NCBI GenBank assembly: GCA_965203805.1
Contig: OZ241917.1
Coordinates: forward strand, 384,001 to 448,000
Reading direction: 5' to 3'
Origin: Candidatus Latescibacterota bacterium
GTDB taxonomy: Bacteria; Latescibacterota; UBA2968; GCA-2709665
Length of the DNA: 64,000 nt
Part shown: piece after piece, positions 1 to 10,926 of the stretch
Position numbering within the stretch: position 1 is the stretch's first letter
Layout of the letters: each line of letters starts with the position of its first letter
The notes under the pieces: model-generated
The model's input: only the letters and a program-made list of their open reading frames with translations
What the model was told of the DNA's origin: nothing
Databases searched by the model: none
Position numbers and translations under genes: made by a program

Positions 1-297
1 GGAAACCGCGTCTTGCATGGTCTGGAAGCGGTGGGTGAATCCCGCGCCTAACTCGTCAATGGCATCTTCCTTGAGCAACTCGCCTCCCTCCTCGGCGAGA
101 CTGACGACGTACTCCCGATGTCCGGGCTGAAGCGCGTCGAGTCGTTCGCGGACCCGCGCCGGGTTGGAAAGGTGGCGACAAAGCTGGTCTATCAGCACCG
201 CCTTGTTGGCGCCGCGGTGAATCGGGAGGTGTGTCGAAGCAGCGATGCGGTGGAGCCTGTCAGTGGACTGGTGGCTGAGGACGGCTCGCAATTTCAT
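1..297 (-). CDS. N-terminal part of a hypothetical protein running off the window (possibly XPB/helicase-associated type)
   Basis: Manual translation from ATG at 297: MKLRAVLSHQSTDRLHRIAASTHLPIHRGANKAVLIDQLCRHLSNPARVRERLDAL..., open to base 1; not in the ORF track. Confidence 0.55.
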   Translation of the reverse strand, partial: MKLRAVLSHQSTDRLHRIAASTHLPIHRGANKAVLIDQLCRHLSNPARVRERLDALQPGHREYVVSLAEEGGELLKEDAIDELGAGFTHRFQTMQDAVS

Positions 298-600
298 AAG
301 GCACCGTTGGACGTTTCGTTGTCGAATCCGGAGCTGTGGGCAATAAATGAAAAAAACCGACTTTCACACGCCGGTCGTTCATCCCGACGCCCTGTACGGA
401 CATCGACGGCCAGAAGGGCGACCATCTTTCCGGAACAGGACGCTAAAGCAGTATATATTAATCAGTAAGCCTTGTCAAGCTGCAATGCCCGGGTCCGGCC
501 TGAAGAGAAAAGAGACGGAATTAAGGCAGTCAGTTCGTATATTGTCGCGCCATTTTTACCGTTGTTGCGCGCGCAATAACGGAAATCACGCAGAGGACCG

Positions 601-1200
601 ATGCGACGACTTCATGCCCGGCAGGTTGTGGCAAGGACGCTTTCGGCGGTATTCAGTCCCCCGCTGGCAGCGGCCGGCCTGTTGACGATGCTGATCTGGC
701 GGCTCCCGGCGCCAACGATGCAACGCGCCGGCTGGCTGGGCGCCGGTTTGCTGTTTGCGACCTGTCTGCCCACGCTGTACGTGGGTCTTCTTGTCGCGCG
801 CAGGGAGGTGGATGGATTCTATATTGCGGTGCGATCCCGCCGGCGGAAGCCGCTGCTGGTGAGTTCCGCGAGTTGCCTCGCGGGATTTGTCGTATTGTGG
901 GCGACGGATGCGCCGCCGCTGATAAGCGGTTTTCTGCTCGGCTGTTTTTTCCTGGGGTTGGTTGCCGCCTGGACGACCGTGCGATGGAAGATCAGCCTGC
1001 ACGCTGCGGGTGTGTGCGGCCCCCTGGCGATGCTGCATCTCTTGCTCGGACCTTCGTCCGTCTACTGGCTGCCGCTGCCGCTGGCGGTCTGTTGGGCGCG
1101 CGTTGTTATTGGCGCGCACTCGATGAGGCAGGTTGCAGCGGGGTGCGGGGTGGGCTTTGTCGTTGTTTGGGTTGTGGCCGCCATATATCTGGCCGCCTGA
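601..1200 (+). CDS. Membrane protein, PAP2-like
   Basis: Several hydrophobic segments; WKISLH and WARVVIGAH motifs. Confidence 0.7.
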   Translation: MRRLHARQVVARTLSAVFSPPLAAAGLLTMLIWRLPAPTMQRAGWLGAGLLFATCLPTLYVGLLVARREVDGFYIAVRSRRRKPLLVSSASCLAGFVVLWATDAPPLISGFLLGCFFLGLVAAWTTVRWKISLHAAGVCGPLAMLHLLLGPSSVYWLPLPLAVCWARVVIGAHSMRQVAAGCGVGFVVVWVVAAIYLAA

Positions 1201-1429
1201 ACCCTCGCAATTGCCTTCCGCCCGGATTCACCGGCATAAGCCCCGGACTGATAACCTCAACTCAACAAAGCAGCATCGCTGTTCCCGCGACAAGACCCTC
1301 CGAATCGGGCCGAAGAGGTCGTCGAAATGGACATTTTTCCGTTTACGTCCTGTGACCTGAAGGTTCCTGAAAATCCGACGTTTAATCGCCTGAAAAATGA
1401 CGAATCAAGGTGAGGCGTTGAAGGATGAG

Positions 1430-2662
1430 CTATTCTGCATACACTTCCGTGTCCTGCCAGAACGTGATCCAGGCAAACCAGAACGCACCGTGCCCGGGTA
1501 TCTGCTCCAGGACACTGTCTTTCAGGGGACCCGCGATGGCCCGGCCCTTCAAGTCCCATGTGGTCCCGGTTTCCCGGTCCCGCAACATGAAGGGATAGGT
1601 CTGCGACGTAGACGGGATCCTGTCGAAGTTCAGGGTCTGCCGTGCGTAGTTCCGGCTGAAGGCGGCGGCCATCCGTTCAGCGCCATACCATACCACCAGG
1701 AGGTCTCTCTCCGCCAGCGTGTCATTGATCACCGCCGCGTCGCCGAGGGCCGATGCGGGATATGCCTTCGCCTTTTCGATAAACCGAACCCCGAACGTGT
1801 GCTCCTTCGGCGAAAAGAGACTGGCGAGCGGATTGTCTTCAAGACGCGGAAACACCCGGAACCGCGGTGCGGACTCGGGATCGCGGTATAGTCCGTAGGG
1901 ATATATATTATAATCACTTGCGTCAAAAGCGCCCGGTGTGTTTATACTGATGACGAATGTGTCGGGATAGAGCTGTTTCCAGTATCTCCAGGTGGTTTCG
2001 ACGAATGGCGGCGTATTCAGGACCCATCCGGCCCGGACGCCCGAGATACCGGTATGGGTCATCTGGGGATAGCGAATCTGGTCGTCGTTCAGATCGTACA
2101 TGATCAGGTTGTTGTTGAAGAGTTCACCGGATGCGCCGAATTTAAGCCGGTTGATCGCGCCCCCGCTCCAAGCCGCGAATACGATGCCGCTACCGGTGAG
2201 CGGCGAGAATGTGACCGCGATGGGCTGGCCTCCGATGCGGTCGTTGACGATCTGGTGGTACCACGCCATCTTGTGAGGATAGGCTTTGGAAATGCCGTTC
2301 AGGCGCACGCCGATAACCAGGTCTTCGTCGGACAGATACCGGGCCTCGGCCGAAGCGGCGGGAACAAACCGTGGGTCGATCAGTGCCCGCGTGGCGTCCG
2401 TGCGGTAAACCTGTTCGATTCTGTGGTGGGGAAACGTCAGCGGGTTGAGAAAATTTCGCCCTGTGAAGTCGACAGGCCTTGCGCTGCTCGTATCCGAATT
2501 TCCGCCGCCGTCGTCCTGCAGTACGGTCTTGAATGTCCGGCCGCCCGAGTTTTCGGATTCGTCGGTTGAATCGACGGGTGTTTCTCCGCCGCACCTGAAG
2601 ACGCCAATGAGAATCAGGGTGAGGCAGAGGCCGAATGGAAATCGCGAAAATAAAGCAATCAT
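1430..2662 (-). CDS. DUF3179 domain protein, probable lipoprotein (Ser variant)
   Basis: KAYPH, HQIVND, TFSPLTGSG, NNLIMYD, FWFAW motifs; signal peptide ending in Cys. Confidence 0.85.
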   Translation of the reverse strand: MIALFSRFPFGLCLTLILIGVFRCGGETPVDSTDESENSGGRTFKTVLQDDGGGNSDTSSARPVDFTGRNFLNPLTFPHHRIEQVYRTDATRALIDPRFVPAASAEARYLSDEDLVIGVRLNGISKAYPHKMAWYHQIVNDRIGGQPIAVTFSPLTGSGIVFAAWSGGAINRLKFGASGELFNNNLIMYDLNDDQIRYPQMTHTGISGVRAGWVLNTPPFVETTWRYWKQLYPDTFVISINTPGAFDASDYNIYPYGLYRDPESAPRFRVFPRLEDNPLASLFSPKEHTFGVRFIEKAKAYPASALGDAAVINDTLAERDLLVVWYGAERMAAAFSRNYARQTLNFDRIPSTSQTYPFMLRDRETGTTWDLKGRAIAGPLKDSVLEQIPGHGAFWFAWITFWQDTEVYAE

Positions 2663-2786
2663 GTCGATTTTCCATCGTCGCGGGTGCGAAATCGCCGGTC
2701 GCAGCAGGCCCTTTCACGGCCCCAACCTGCCCGGCAGTGCAAATGCCGGGCCGAACCTGGGGCAATTCGTCCTGCCGGGGCCTGCC

Positions 2787-3410
2787 TTACCGGAAGAACA
2801 TCGATACGCCGACCGTCGCAACATGACGGTTGAAGCGATTGCCCTCTGTAAATAGCGCAACGTATGCGTAACGGGTGGTGAGTGCCGTCCGGTTGGAGAG
2901 TGCGCGCCGGAACCCGACGCCACCGCCGACTTCGCTTACGCCGGACCACCCCCAGTAGTCTCTGGCGGCGAATGCCTCCAGGAACGGCCAGGTGCGCCTG
3001 TCCACTCTCAGCGGAATGTTGAGCCGATAGAAGCCGGACAGCGAGGAGCCGAATCCGTCTTCGGCGGACGCGGGATATCCGGCTCTGGTCCGCAAGGGCG
3101 GCTGCGGTGTCTGGATGATTTCGGTTCGGTCGTCCCAGCGATTGTCAGCCCGGTTGCCGACCACAAAGGCGCCGCCGACCTGGTGCAGCCGGCTCAATGC
3201 AACCCCGATCGACACGCCGCCGTGGTAGACCACCGAACCGTCGGACAGACCGACCGACAGAATGGGGATGACCTCCAGACGGCCGGCGCGAATGGGATTC
3301 AGGGTCACGCCCGCTTCACTTTCGGGTTCTTCTCCCGGAAATATGTCGGCGTACGCGGGGCCCGCCCAGGCCAGCAAGCCGGCTGTCAGAAACACAACTG
3401 AGATTCTCAT
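2787..3410 (-). CDS. Secreted hypothetical protein, probable outer-membrane beta-barrel
   Basis: Signal peptide (AYA|D), alternating beta-strand pattern, C-terminus VGVSMFFR. Confidence 0.6.
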   Translation of the reverse strand: MRISVVFLTAGLLAWAGPAYADIFPGEEPESEAGVTLNPIRAGRLEVIPILSVGLSDGSVVYHGGVSIGVALSRLHQVGGAFVVGNRADNRWDDRTEIIQTPQPPLRTRAGYPASAEDGFGSSLSGFYRLNIPLRVDRRTWPFLEAFAARDYWGWSGVSEVGGGVGFRRALSNRTALTTRYAYVALFTEGNRFNRHVATVGVSMFFR

Positions 3411-3449
3411 GGTAGGACTCCTTTCGTCTGGAGGAATTCGAACCGCTTC

Positions 3450-4214
3450 TCAGATACAACCCGGTATGGAGGCCCCCCTGACCAGCATGGCGTCGTTTTG
3501 TTCGTCCGGGCCCGTAAAACGGCACCTCGCGCTGACGTAGTGCGTGGCATATCCGCGCCGGCGCAGGTTGGTCTGATTCGGCCTGCTGCAGTGAAGAATC
3601 AGGCCATGATGAAAACTGCAACTACCCGCTTTCAACTCGATGGCCCGTTCTTCCGGCAGTCTGCCGTCGAGTGACATCTGTTCATAGTTCGCCCATTTCT
3701 CATTGGGGATGATTCCGAACCGGTGGGTGCCCGGCAGCATCCAGAGGCAACCGTTTTCCACGGTCGCGTCGTTCAGCGCGGCCCAGCAGGTGACCATATC
3801 GGGTGGATCGATTTGAAATCCGAGCGGCATGTCCTGATGGTAGGGCTGCCGGGAGCCGATCCTTGGGGGTTTCATGAACCACTGGTCCTGGTAGAGCTTC
3901 AGGTCCGGGCCGAGCAGGGACTCGATTACGTCCAGAACCTTCGGGTTGCGCGCATGGGCCTCGAATACGCTGTCGCAGAAAGCGAGATGGCTCATCTTTC
4001 GCAGAGAGTCCGCATAGGTGTCCGCCGCCGCTCTTCCCGCGTTAACCTCGGGTTCCAGCTGCAGACGCTGCTTTGAAACGTGCGGCGCACCGCCGCTGGC
4101 CACCCATTCGGCCCTTGCAAGCAGAACAGAGACTTCATCGGCGTCAAGCAGGTCCTCGACCACCAGCACCCCTTCATTCCGGAACCTGTTCACCTGGGTT
4201 TCCGAGAGTTTCAT
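3450..4214 (-). CDS. Phytanoyl-CoA dioxygenase (PhyH) family protein
   Basis: HQD and distal H iron ligands; NGCL..LPGTH; start MKLSETQ after an AG-rich SD. Confidence 0.9.
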   Translation of the reverse strand: MKLSETQVNRFRNEGVLVVEDLLDADEVSVLLARAEWVASGGAPHVSKQRLQLEPEVNAGRAAADTYADSLRKMSHLAFCDSVFEAHARNPKVLDVIESLLGPDLKLYQDQWFMKPPRIGSRQPYHQDMPLGFQIDPPDMVTCWAALNDATVENGCLWMLPGTHRFGIIPNEKWANYEQMSLDGRLPEERAIELKAGSCSFHHGLILHCSRPNQTNLRRRGYATHYVSARCRFTGPDEQNDAMLVRGASIPGCI

Positions 4215-4366
4215 GCCATCCCCTTCTTTCTCCCTGATCCGGGTGCGATTTACCGGAAGCCCGGTCCCGTGCCGGTCTTGCACGGTCCGCCCGCGCGTTA
4301 CCGTGCGCTGTCGATAACGCCGGGGTGCGAATTCCCGATATCCCGGACGTACCGGATCGGGACCGT

Positions 4367-5314
4367 CTATCTCGCGCCGGCACTGTTGTTCCGCGGAAAT
4401 GGTCTTCCCGAATAAGAGAGACCGAGAACCGCCATCCATCCGGCCGGATAGTTCCGGCCGCCGACGGAGATGTTAACGGCCGTCTCCACCGTAAACCCGC
4501 GCAAAGGTCCCAGGTTGATTAGCGGAGAAACATAAGTAATACGCTTGACGTCGGAGTGGATCCTGGTACCGAAGACGGTAGCAGCCTTGCCCCGGATGCC
4601 ATGGATCCTGATTCCGAACAGCGCGAACCGGCGCACCTTGAAGCCGCCTTCCGCGATGAAGAACCATTCGTCGCCGGGGTCGCGGTCGATTTCATCGTTT
4701 CTGAGGCGTATCCGGTAACCGACGTCCGAACCGACGTATGCCGGGACCGGCCAGAAGGACCGGCCCAATTGAACGACAGCGTCGAAATCCCACTGTCCTT
4801 CACCGACGGGAATCAGCCCGTCTTCGTTCACGAATTCGCCGGTCGGCGCCTTGAAACCTACTCTGATCGCGCCCACGGTGCGCCGGTTCAACAGCTTGAC
4901 TTTCAGGAACCCGCGGATATCTCCGAACCCGGTTGCTCTCCGAGGTTCGCCGAAGCCGGTAAGGAGGGCGGCGTCCTGATATTCCTGTCGGAAGAAGGGT
5001 ACCTGTATTCCGACATCCACTCTGTCCGTCGTACCGTAGAAGAGATCGAAAAACAGGGCGCGGGAACGATACCTGCCGTCAAATCGATACCTGGCGCGGT
5101 TTCCTTCGTGGTACACCCTTCCGAGGTCCGGCCCTCGTCCCGATCCGGCGGCGCCGACGTATTCTTCGTGGGTGGTCTGACCCAGAAAGGCGACCTTGCA
5201 CCAGACGTGATTCCTGGGCAGCGTCCAGGCCCCCGCGATCACACTGTTGGGAACATGGCAGACGAAGACCGAGAAAAGGGCGGCCGCAAGCCGCCTGTGG
5301 CGCAATGGGGTCAT
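4367..5314 (-). CDS. Secreted hypothetical protein, transporter/MetA-pathway-like beta-barrel
   Basis: Signal peptide, GAWT, GFGD, K.PTG, G.GQWD motifs. Confidence 0.6.
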   Translation of the reverse strand: MTPLRHRRLAAALFSVFVCHVPNSVIAGAWTLPRNHVWCKVAFLGQTTHEEYVGAAGSGRGPDLGRVYHEGNRARYRFDGRYRSRALFFDLFYGTTDRVDVGIQVPFFRQEYQDAALLTGFGEPRRATGFGDIRGFLKVKLLNRRTVGAIRVGFKAPTGEFVNEDGLIPVGEGQWDFDAVVQLGRSFWPVPAYVGSDVGYRIRLRNDEIDRDPGDEWFFIAEGGFKVRRFALFGIRIHGIRGKAATVFGTRIHSDVKRITYVSPLINLGPLRGFTVETAVNISVGGRNYPAGWMAVLGLSYSGRPFPRNNSAGAR

Positions 5315-5433
5315 GGTACGGACCGCGGGTCGGGACCGGGACGCGTGAATGTCCTCATCGATGCCGGTTTTGCGGAAATGGCCAATTGTACATCCGTCCG
5401 GACATGGCGCACCGGGTATTCTGTATACGACGG

Positions 5434-6609
5434 TCAGGGCGAGTAGACGCCGGTGTCCTGCCAGAAGGTCGCCCAGGCGAACCAGAATGCGTTGTGTGCG
5501 GGAATCTGATAAAGCTGGCTGCCTCTGAGCTCACCCGCCAGTGCCTGCCCCAGGAGGTTCCAGGTCGTGCCGGTCTCCCGGTCTTTCAGCATAAAGGTGA
5601 ACCGCCGGTCCGAAGATGGCACATTTTCGAAGGTCAGTGTCCGATTGCCCACGTCCCGACGGAAGGGCAGCGCCATCCGTGCCCCGGCGTCGTAGACCAC
5701 GAGGACGTTTTCGTCTGAGATCCGATCGTTGATTACGGCCAGATCGTCGCCCATTCGGGAAAAGGGGTAGGCCTTTGCGACGTTCCCCAATCGAACGCCC
5801 AGTACGATTTCCTTCGGGGGAAAATCGAAGATGATGGGATTGTCGTCCGGTTCCGGAAACAGGGGGAACAGCGGCGCCGATGCCGGGTTTCGGTAGCCGG
5901 TGTAAGGATACGTTGTATAACGTTCCGTGCGGAAGGTTCCCCTCGACGCGGAACTGACGACCAGTGTGCCGGGGTACAGGCGTTTCCAGTTGCCCCACGT
6001 GGTTTCGACCACGGGAATCAGCTTGAGTTCGTTTTCGGTACCGAATCCTTTAATGCCGATATGCGTCATCTGCGGGTAGAGAGTGTCGTCATGCCGGCGG
6101 TCGTACATGACCAGGTTGTTATTGAACAGCAGCCCGGATACGCCGAACTCCAGACGCTCGTCGTCCTCTCCCTGGCCGTCGAACACCATTCCTGTGCCCG
6201 TGAGCGGGCACAGCGTGACGACCACGTGCCGGTCGCCGGTAGCGTCGTTGACGATTTCATGGTGCCAGCCGATATTGTGCGGGTAGGCCTTGGCGATGCC
6301 GTTGATGTAGAGGCCAAGTACGAGATCCTCGTCGTTCAGGTACGAGGCATCGGCGGACCGCTCCCGGACAAAGTCCGGATCCGTAAGCGCGGGAATGCCG
6401 TCTTTGGCCACGCCGCCGCTGACCACGTGATTCATGGGAAAACGCGAGACGTCCAGGAAGTTCTTCGACGGCGGCGCCGTGATCCTGTCGGCCTGGCCGT
6501 TGCCTTCCGTTCCCGTTGGAGGCGCCGGAGGGGAGGGATTCTTCCCGCCGCAAGCCGCGAATGCGCCGGCGATCAGGAACGGACACGCGAAATGGCGGAG
6601 ACGGATCAT
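5434..6609 (-). CDS. DUF3179 domain lipoprotein (Cys variant)
   Basis: SGGVAKDGIPAL, HEIVND, TLCPLTGTG, FWFAW; lipobox FAAC. Confidence 0.88.
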   Translation of the reverse strand: MIRLRHFACPFLIAGAFAACGGKNPSPPAPPTGTEGNGQADRITAPPSKNFLDVSRFPMNHVVSGGVAKDGIPALTDPDFVRERSADASYLNDEDLVLGLYINGIAKAYPHNIGWHHEIVNDATGDRHVVVTLCPLTGTGMVFDGQGEDDERLEFGVSGLLFNNNLVMYDRRHDDTLYPQMTHIGIKGFGTENELKLIPVVETTWGNWKRLYPGTLVVSSASRGTFRTERYTTYPYTGYRNPASAPLFPLFPEPDDNPIIFDFPPKEIVLGVRLGNVAKAYPFSRMGDDLAVINDRISDENVLVVYDAGARMALPFRRDVGNRTLTFENVPSSDRRFTFMLKDRETGTTWNLLGQALAGELRGSQLYQIPAHNAFWFAWATFWQDTGVYSP

Positions 6610-6938
6610 ATCGTGCCGGTTCGACGTTGGGATGGTGTCAATGAATGGCCGTGAGTCGCGCGGGTTCAACGGACGTCGTCGCGCCTCTCTGCATGAAATC
6701 TAAGCAGATTGCACCGGAAAAAAAAGTACATTAAGCGGCAGGATCCCGTTTTTTCGTGGCCGGTGCCGGCGATGAACATCCGCCGCGGGTCAGACGGCCT
6801 CGTACCGGCGGACAATCCTCTGTCGCGTCGACGGGCCGGGAAACTTCGCATAGTTCTTGCTTTTGCATCGATCCATGTCTAAATTATCTATACATTTGGT
6901 CACTGTTTTTCGGCTGTGTAACGTTCACGAGGTCGACG

Positions 6939-8954
6939 ATGACGAGATTCCGGGTTCAGGCGCCGTTTGAACCGGCGGGCGACCAGCCGGAAGCCATCGA
7001 CGAATTGCGCGAGGGTGTCCGGAGAGGCGACCGTTTTCAGACGCTCATGGGGGCGACCGGCACCGGCAAGACGTTTACGATTTCGAAGGTTATCGAGGCG
7101 GTACAGATGCCGACCCTGGTGATCTCGCACAACAAAACGCTGGCAGCTCAGCTATTCGGCGAATTCAAGACGTTCTTTCCGGACAACGCCGTGGAATATT
7201 TCATTTCCTATTACGACTATTATCAGCCTGAGGCGTATAAGCCGGTCACCGATACGTTTATCGAAAAGGAAGCGGATATCAACGATGAGATCAACCGGCT
7301 TCGCCTGCGTGCGACAAGCGCGTTGATGGAACGACAGGACGTGATTATCGTGGCCAGCGTATCCTGCATTTACGGCATCGGCAATCCCGAGGAGTACGAG
7401 GCTATGCACGTCATGATCGACCGGGGGGACATGCTGGACCGGGACGAACTGCTTCGCCGACTGGTGGATATTCACTATACGCGGAACGACGTGGACTTCG
7501 GTCCGGGTACCTTCAGGGTACGCGGGGACGTCGTGGAGATCTATCGCCCGGATCGGGACGAACCGGTGCGCGTGGAGTTTTTCGGAGACGAGGTGGACGC
7601 GATCAGTGTGGTGCAGCCGGTGACCGGCGAGGTGCTGGATACGCAGGAACGGGCGGCGATTTACCCGGCGCGGCACTTCGTGACCAGCGGCGAGCGGATC
7701 GAACGGGCGATCGTGCAGATCGAGGTTGACATGGCCGCGCAGCTGGAAGCATTCAAGAACCAGGGAAAACTCCTGGAAGCCCAGCGGCTGGAGACACGCA
7801 CGCGGTACGACATCGAGATGATGCGAGAGATCGGCTACTGCGCGGGAATCGAGAATTATTCGAGATATATCGACGGGCGGGAACCCGGTCAGCCGCCTCA
7901 CGTGCTGCTTGATTATTTTCCGGAGGAATTCCTGATTGTGATTGACGAGTCGCATGTGACGCTGCCGCAGGTCCGGGGGATGTGGAACGCCGATCGATCG
8001 CGAAAGACGACGCTGGTCGAACACGGATTCAGGCTGCCCGCCGCGCTGGACAACCGCCCGCTCTATTTCGAGGAATTCGAAGGCAAGATGCAAACGGCGG
8101 TCTTTATGTCCGCCACGCCCGCGGACTACGAACTGGAAAAGTCAGAGGGCATTGTCGTCGAGCAGATTATAAGGCCTACCGGCGTTCTGGACCCCGAGAT
8201 GCTGGTGCGTCCGGTCCGCGGGCAGGTGGACGATCTGATCGACGAGGTCCGCGATCGGGTCGGCCGGAAGGAACGGGTGCTGGTGACCACGCTGACCAAG
8301 AGAATGTCGGAGGACCTGGCCGAATACATGCGCGACCTGGGGATCCGTGCCCGCTATATGCATTCGGAAATCGACTCACTGGAGCGCGTTGAGATCGTGA
8401 GGGGATTGCGGCTGGGTGAATTCGACGTTCTGGTGGGGGTGAATCTGCTGCGGGAGGGACTGGATCTGCCGGAGGTATCCCTGGTCGCGATTCTGGATGC
8501 GGATAAAGAAGGCTTCCTGCGCTCGACGCGTTCCCTGATTCAGACGGCGGGCCGGGCGGCCAGAAACCTGGCCGGCAAGGTCGTCCTATACGCGGACGAA
8601 GTCACGGATTCCATGAGGCGGGCGATCGAGGAAACCAGTCGCAGGCGTCAGGTACAGCAGGCGTACAACGAGCGGCACGGTGTCGCGCCGCAGACGGTCT
8701 ACAAGAGCAGGGACGAGATCCTGCAGGCCACGACGGTCGCCGACACCAGGCAGGAGGAGGTACCGCTTGCCGCGGAAGAGACGTCCGGGTACGAGGCCGG
8801 CGCGAATCTGGTCGACGTCATCGCGGATCTCGAAGATAAAATGGCCAGGGCCGCTGCGGAACTGGCATTCGAACGGGCGGCCGAATACCGGGACGAAATC
8901 ACCAGGCTGAAAGCCGGATTGAAGAGGGTCTCGGACGGCGCCGCACAGGCGTGA
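6939..8954 (+). CDS. uvrB: Excinuclease ABC subunit B
   Basis: [23 protein letters not shown]-terminal UVR domain. Confidence 0.98.
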   Translation: MTRFRVQAPFEPAGDQPEAIDELREGVRRGDRFQTLMGATGTGKTFTISKVIEAVQMPTLVISHNKTLAAQLFGEFKTFFPDNAVEYFISYYDYYQPEAYKPVTDTFIEKEADINDEINRLRLRATSALMERQDVIIVASVSCIYGIGNPEEYEAMHVMIDRGDMLDRDELLRRLVDIHYTRNDVDFGPGTFRVRGDVVEIYRPDRDEPVRVEFFGDEVDAISVVQPVTGEVLDTQERAAIYPARHFVTSGERIERAIVQIEVDMAAQLEAFKNQGKLLEAQRLETRTRYDIEMMREIGYCAGIENYSRYIDGREPGQPPHVLLDYFPEEFLIVIDESHVTLPQVRGMWNADRSRKTTLVEHGFRLPAALDNRPLYFEEFEGKMQTAVFMSATPADYELEKSEGIVVEQIIRPTGVLDPEMLVRPVRGQVDDLIDEVRDRVGRKERVLVTTLTKRMSEDLAEYMRDLGIRARYMHSEIDSLERVEIVRGLRLGEFDVLVGVNLLREGLDLPEVSLVAILDADKEGFLRSTRSLIQTAGRAARNLAGKVVLYADEVTDSMRRAIEETSRRRQVQQAYNERHGVAPQTVYKSRDEILQATTVADTRQEEVPLAAEETSGYEAGANLVDVIADLEDKMARAAAELAFERAAEYRDEITRLKAGLKRVSDGAAQA

Positions 8955-8958
8955 TGGC

Positions 8959-9822
8959 ATGGCGAACCTGACGGAATGGGACGGCATCGACCGTGTCGTG
9001 GACGCGGCGATCCAGGAAGACGTCGGCGCAGGCGACATTTCGACCGCATGGACGGTGCGCGAGGCGGTTCAGGCGCGGGCATTGCTGATTGCGAGGTCGG
9101 CGGGTGTGGTCGCGGGCCTGGCTGTGGCGGAGCGGGTATTTCGGCGGGTCGATTCACGAATCCGGTTCGCGCCGCGGATCGATGACGGCGCGCGCGTTGA
9201 AGGCGAGGATGTCCTGGCGGACGTCGCGGGTCCCGCCCGGGGCATTCTCACGGCCGAGCGGACGGCGCTGAATTTTCTCCAGCGGATGTCCGGGATTGCA
9301 ACGACGACGGCAGCCTACGTGTCCGCCGTCGGCGGGACCGGCGTGCGGATTCTGGATACCCGGAAGACGGCCCCCGGGCTCCGGATGCTGGACAAGTATG
9401 CGGTTGCCGCGGGGGGTGGATCGAACCACCGGCTGGGACTCCACGATATGGTGCTCCTCAAGGAAAACCATATTGAAGCGGCGGACGGCATCGGTCCGGC
9501 GGTGGCCGCGGTGAAGTCGGCGATGGCCCGGTCCGGAAGGACGGTAATGATCGAAGTGGAGGTGAAAACACTGCGCGAACTGGACGACGCGCTGGCTTCG
9601 GGCGTGGACCGGGTGTTGCTGGACAATATGGATCTGGACACCACGCGGCTCGCGGTGGCGACGGCGAAGGCCTTCGGGTCGGAGAGCCCCGCTCTTGAAG
9701 CATCCGGCAACGTCACACTCGAAACCGTTCGAGCCCTGGCTGAGACCGGCGTCGACCTGATCTCTGTGGGCGCGTTGACGCATTCGACGACTTCAATGGA
9801 TTTGAGCCTGCTGTTCCAATGA
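8959..9822 (+). CDS. nadC: Nicotinate-nucleotide pyrophosphorylase (carboxylating)
   Basis: DTRKTAPG, NHRLGL, KENH, LLDN, EASGN, GALTHS. Confidence 0.97.
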   Translation: MANLTEWDGIDRVVDAAIQEDVGAGDISTAWTVREAVQARALLIARSAGVVAGLAVAERVFRRVDSRIRFAPRIDDGARVEGEDVLADVAGPARGILTAERTALNFLQRMSGIATTTAAYVSAVGGTGVRILDTRKTAPGLRMLDKYAVAAGGGSNHRLGLHDMVLLKENHIEAADGIGPAVAAVKSAMARSGRTVMIEVEVKTLRELDDALASGVDRVLLDNMDLDTTRLAVATAKAFGSESPALEASGNVTLETVRALAETGVDLISVGALTHSTTSMDLSLLFQ

Positions 9823-10853
9823 GCGGAAAATGTCCTGATTCTTCCGCGGGAGCATCCCCGTGCAACGGGGGTGTCGCGACCCCCATTTCATATCGCGTAC
9901 TCGAAGCGCTTGGCGGACAACGGGCCCGGCGCGCACCGGTCGAAAGTCTGGCCGAAAGGCTGTCTTGCAAGCCGGACGATATCCGCGTCGCCATAGACGC
10001 GATCCGGCGCCTCGGGTATTCGGTTTCGGATCGACCGGGCGCAGGGTTCCGCCTGGACACCCGCGCGGACGTCATCGTCCGGTCCGACCTTCTCCGACGC
10101 CTGAGGACCCGTGCGCTGGGTCGTTCTCCCGTTTGCTTCCTGGAGTTGGAGTCTACAAATGCGCTCGGCATGCGAGCCGCGCTCGCCGGCGCACGGCACG
10201 GAACGGCGGTTGTTGCGGAACATCAGACGGCCGGGCGCGGGCGACTCGGCAGAGCGTGGTTTTCGCCGCCCGGGGTGGGACTCTGGTTTTCACTCATTCT
10301 CCGTTACGAACTGGAAATTTCACGCGCCTGGATGCTTACGCTTGGCGCCGCCGCCGGCGTCGCAGAAGCCGTCGAGGCTTCCACCGGCGCATGCCCCGAG
10401 GTCCGCTGGCCGAACGACCTCTACCTGAACGGCCGCAAGCTGGCGGGCATCCTTACGGAGGCGAGGGTCGGCGTTGGAGGACTGCGTTTCGCCGTTCTCG
10501 GGGTCGGCATCAATGTCAACCACGAAGCGGTGGATTTTCCCGGCGGTCTGCAGGATACCGCGACGTCACTTCGGTGCGGCACGGGCCGGGAACACGGTCG
10601 GACGAGACTCCTGGCGGAGATCTTTCTGTCGCTCGAGCGGACCTATAACGGCCTCGACGCCGAGAGGATCAGGGCCGCGTGGAAGTGCAGAGCCCGGATG
10701 CTTGGCGGGCCGGTTCGCGTGAAGACGGCCGAGGGGCCGGTCAGCGGCGTGGCGGAGGACGTGGACACCGACGGCGCCCTCCTGGTACGGGATGTCGATG
10801 GCGGGACCACGAGGGTTACGATGGGCGACGTGGGAGGCGAAGCAACGCGTTAG
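9819..10853 (+). CDS. birA: Bifunctional biotin ligase / repressor
   Basis: N-terminal HTH, STN, QTAGRGRLGR.W, WPND, KLAGIL. Confidence 0.93.
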   Translation: MSGKCPDSSAGASPCNGGVATPISYRVLEALGGQRARRAPVESLAERLSCKPDDIRVAIDAIRRLGYSVSDRPGAGFRLDTRADVIVRSDLLRRLRTRALGRSPVCFLELESTNALGMRAALAGARHGTAVVAEHQTAGRGRLGRAWFSPPGVGLWFSLILRYELEISRAWMLTLGAAAGVAEAVEASTGACPEVRWPNDLYLNGRKLAGILTEARVGVGGLRFAVLGVGINVNHEAVDFPGGLQDTATSLRCGTGREHGRTRLLAEIFLSLERTYNGLDAERIRAAWKCRARMLGGPVRVKTAEGPVSGVAEDVDTDGALLVRDVDGGTTRVTMGDVGGEATR

Positions 10854-10926
10854 CCAGGCGCCGCAGGTGAATTCCCGCCTGTAAGCGCAGGGTTTCCCGG
10901 CCGTTTGCCTAAAACCGGGGTATCGA

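Noticed and set aside
1430-6609. Selenocysteine recoding in the DUF3179 genes
   Set aside because: No in-frame TGA; the codons are Ser and Cys
10400-10420. BirA RWPND instead of KWPND
   Set aside because: Conservative substitution; the other ligase motifs are intact
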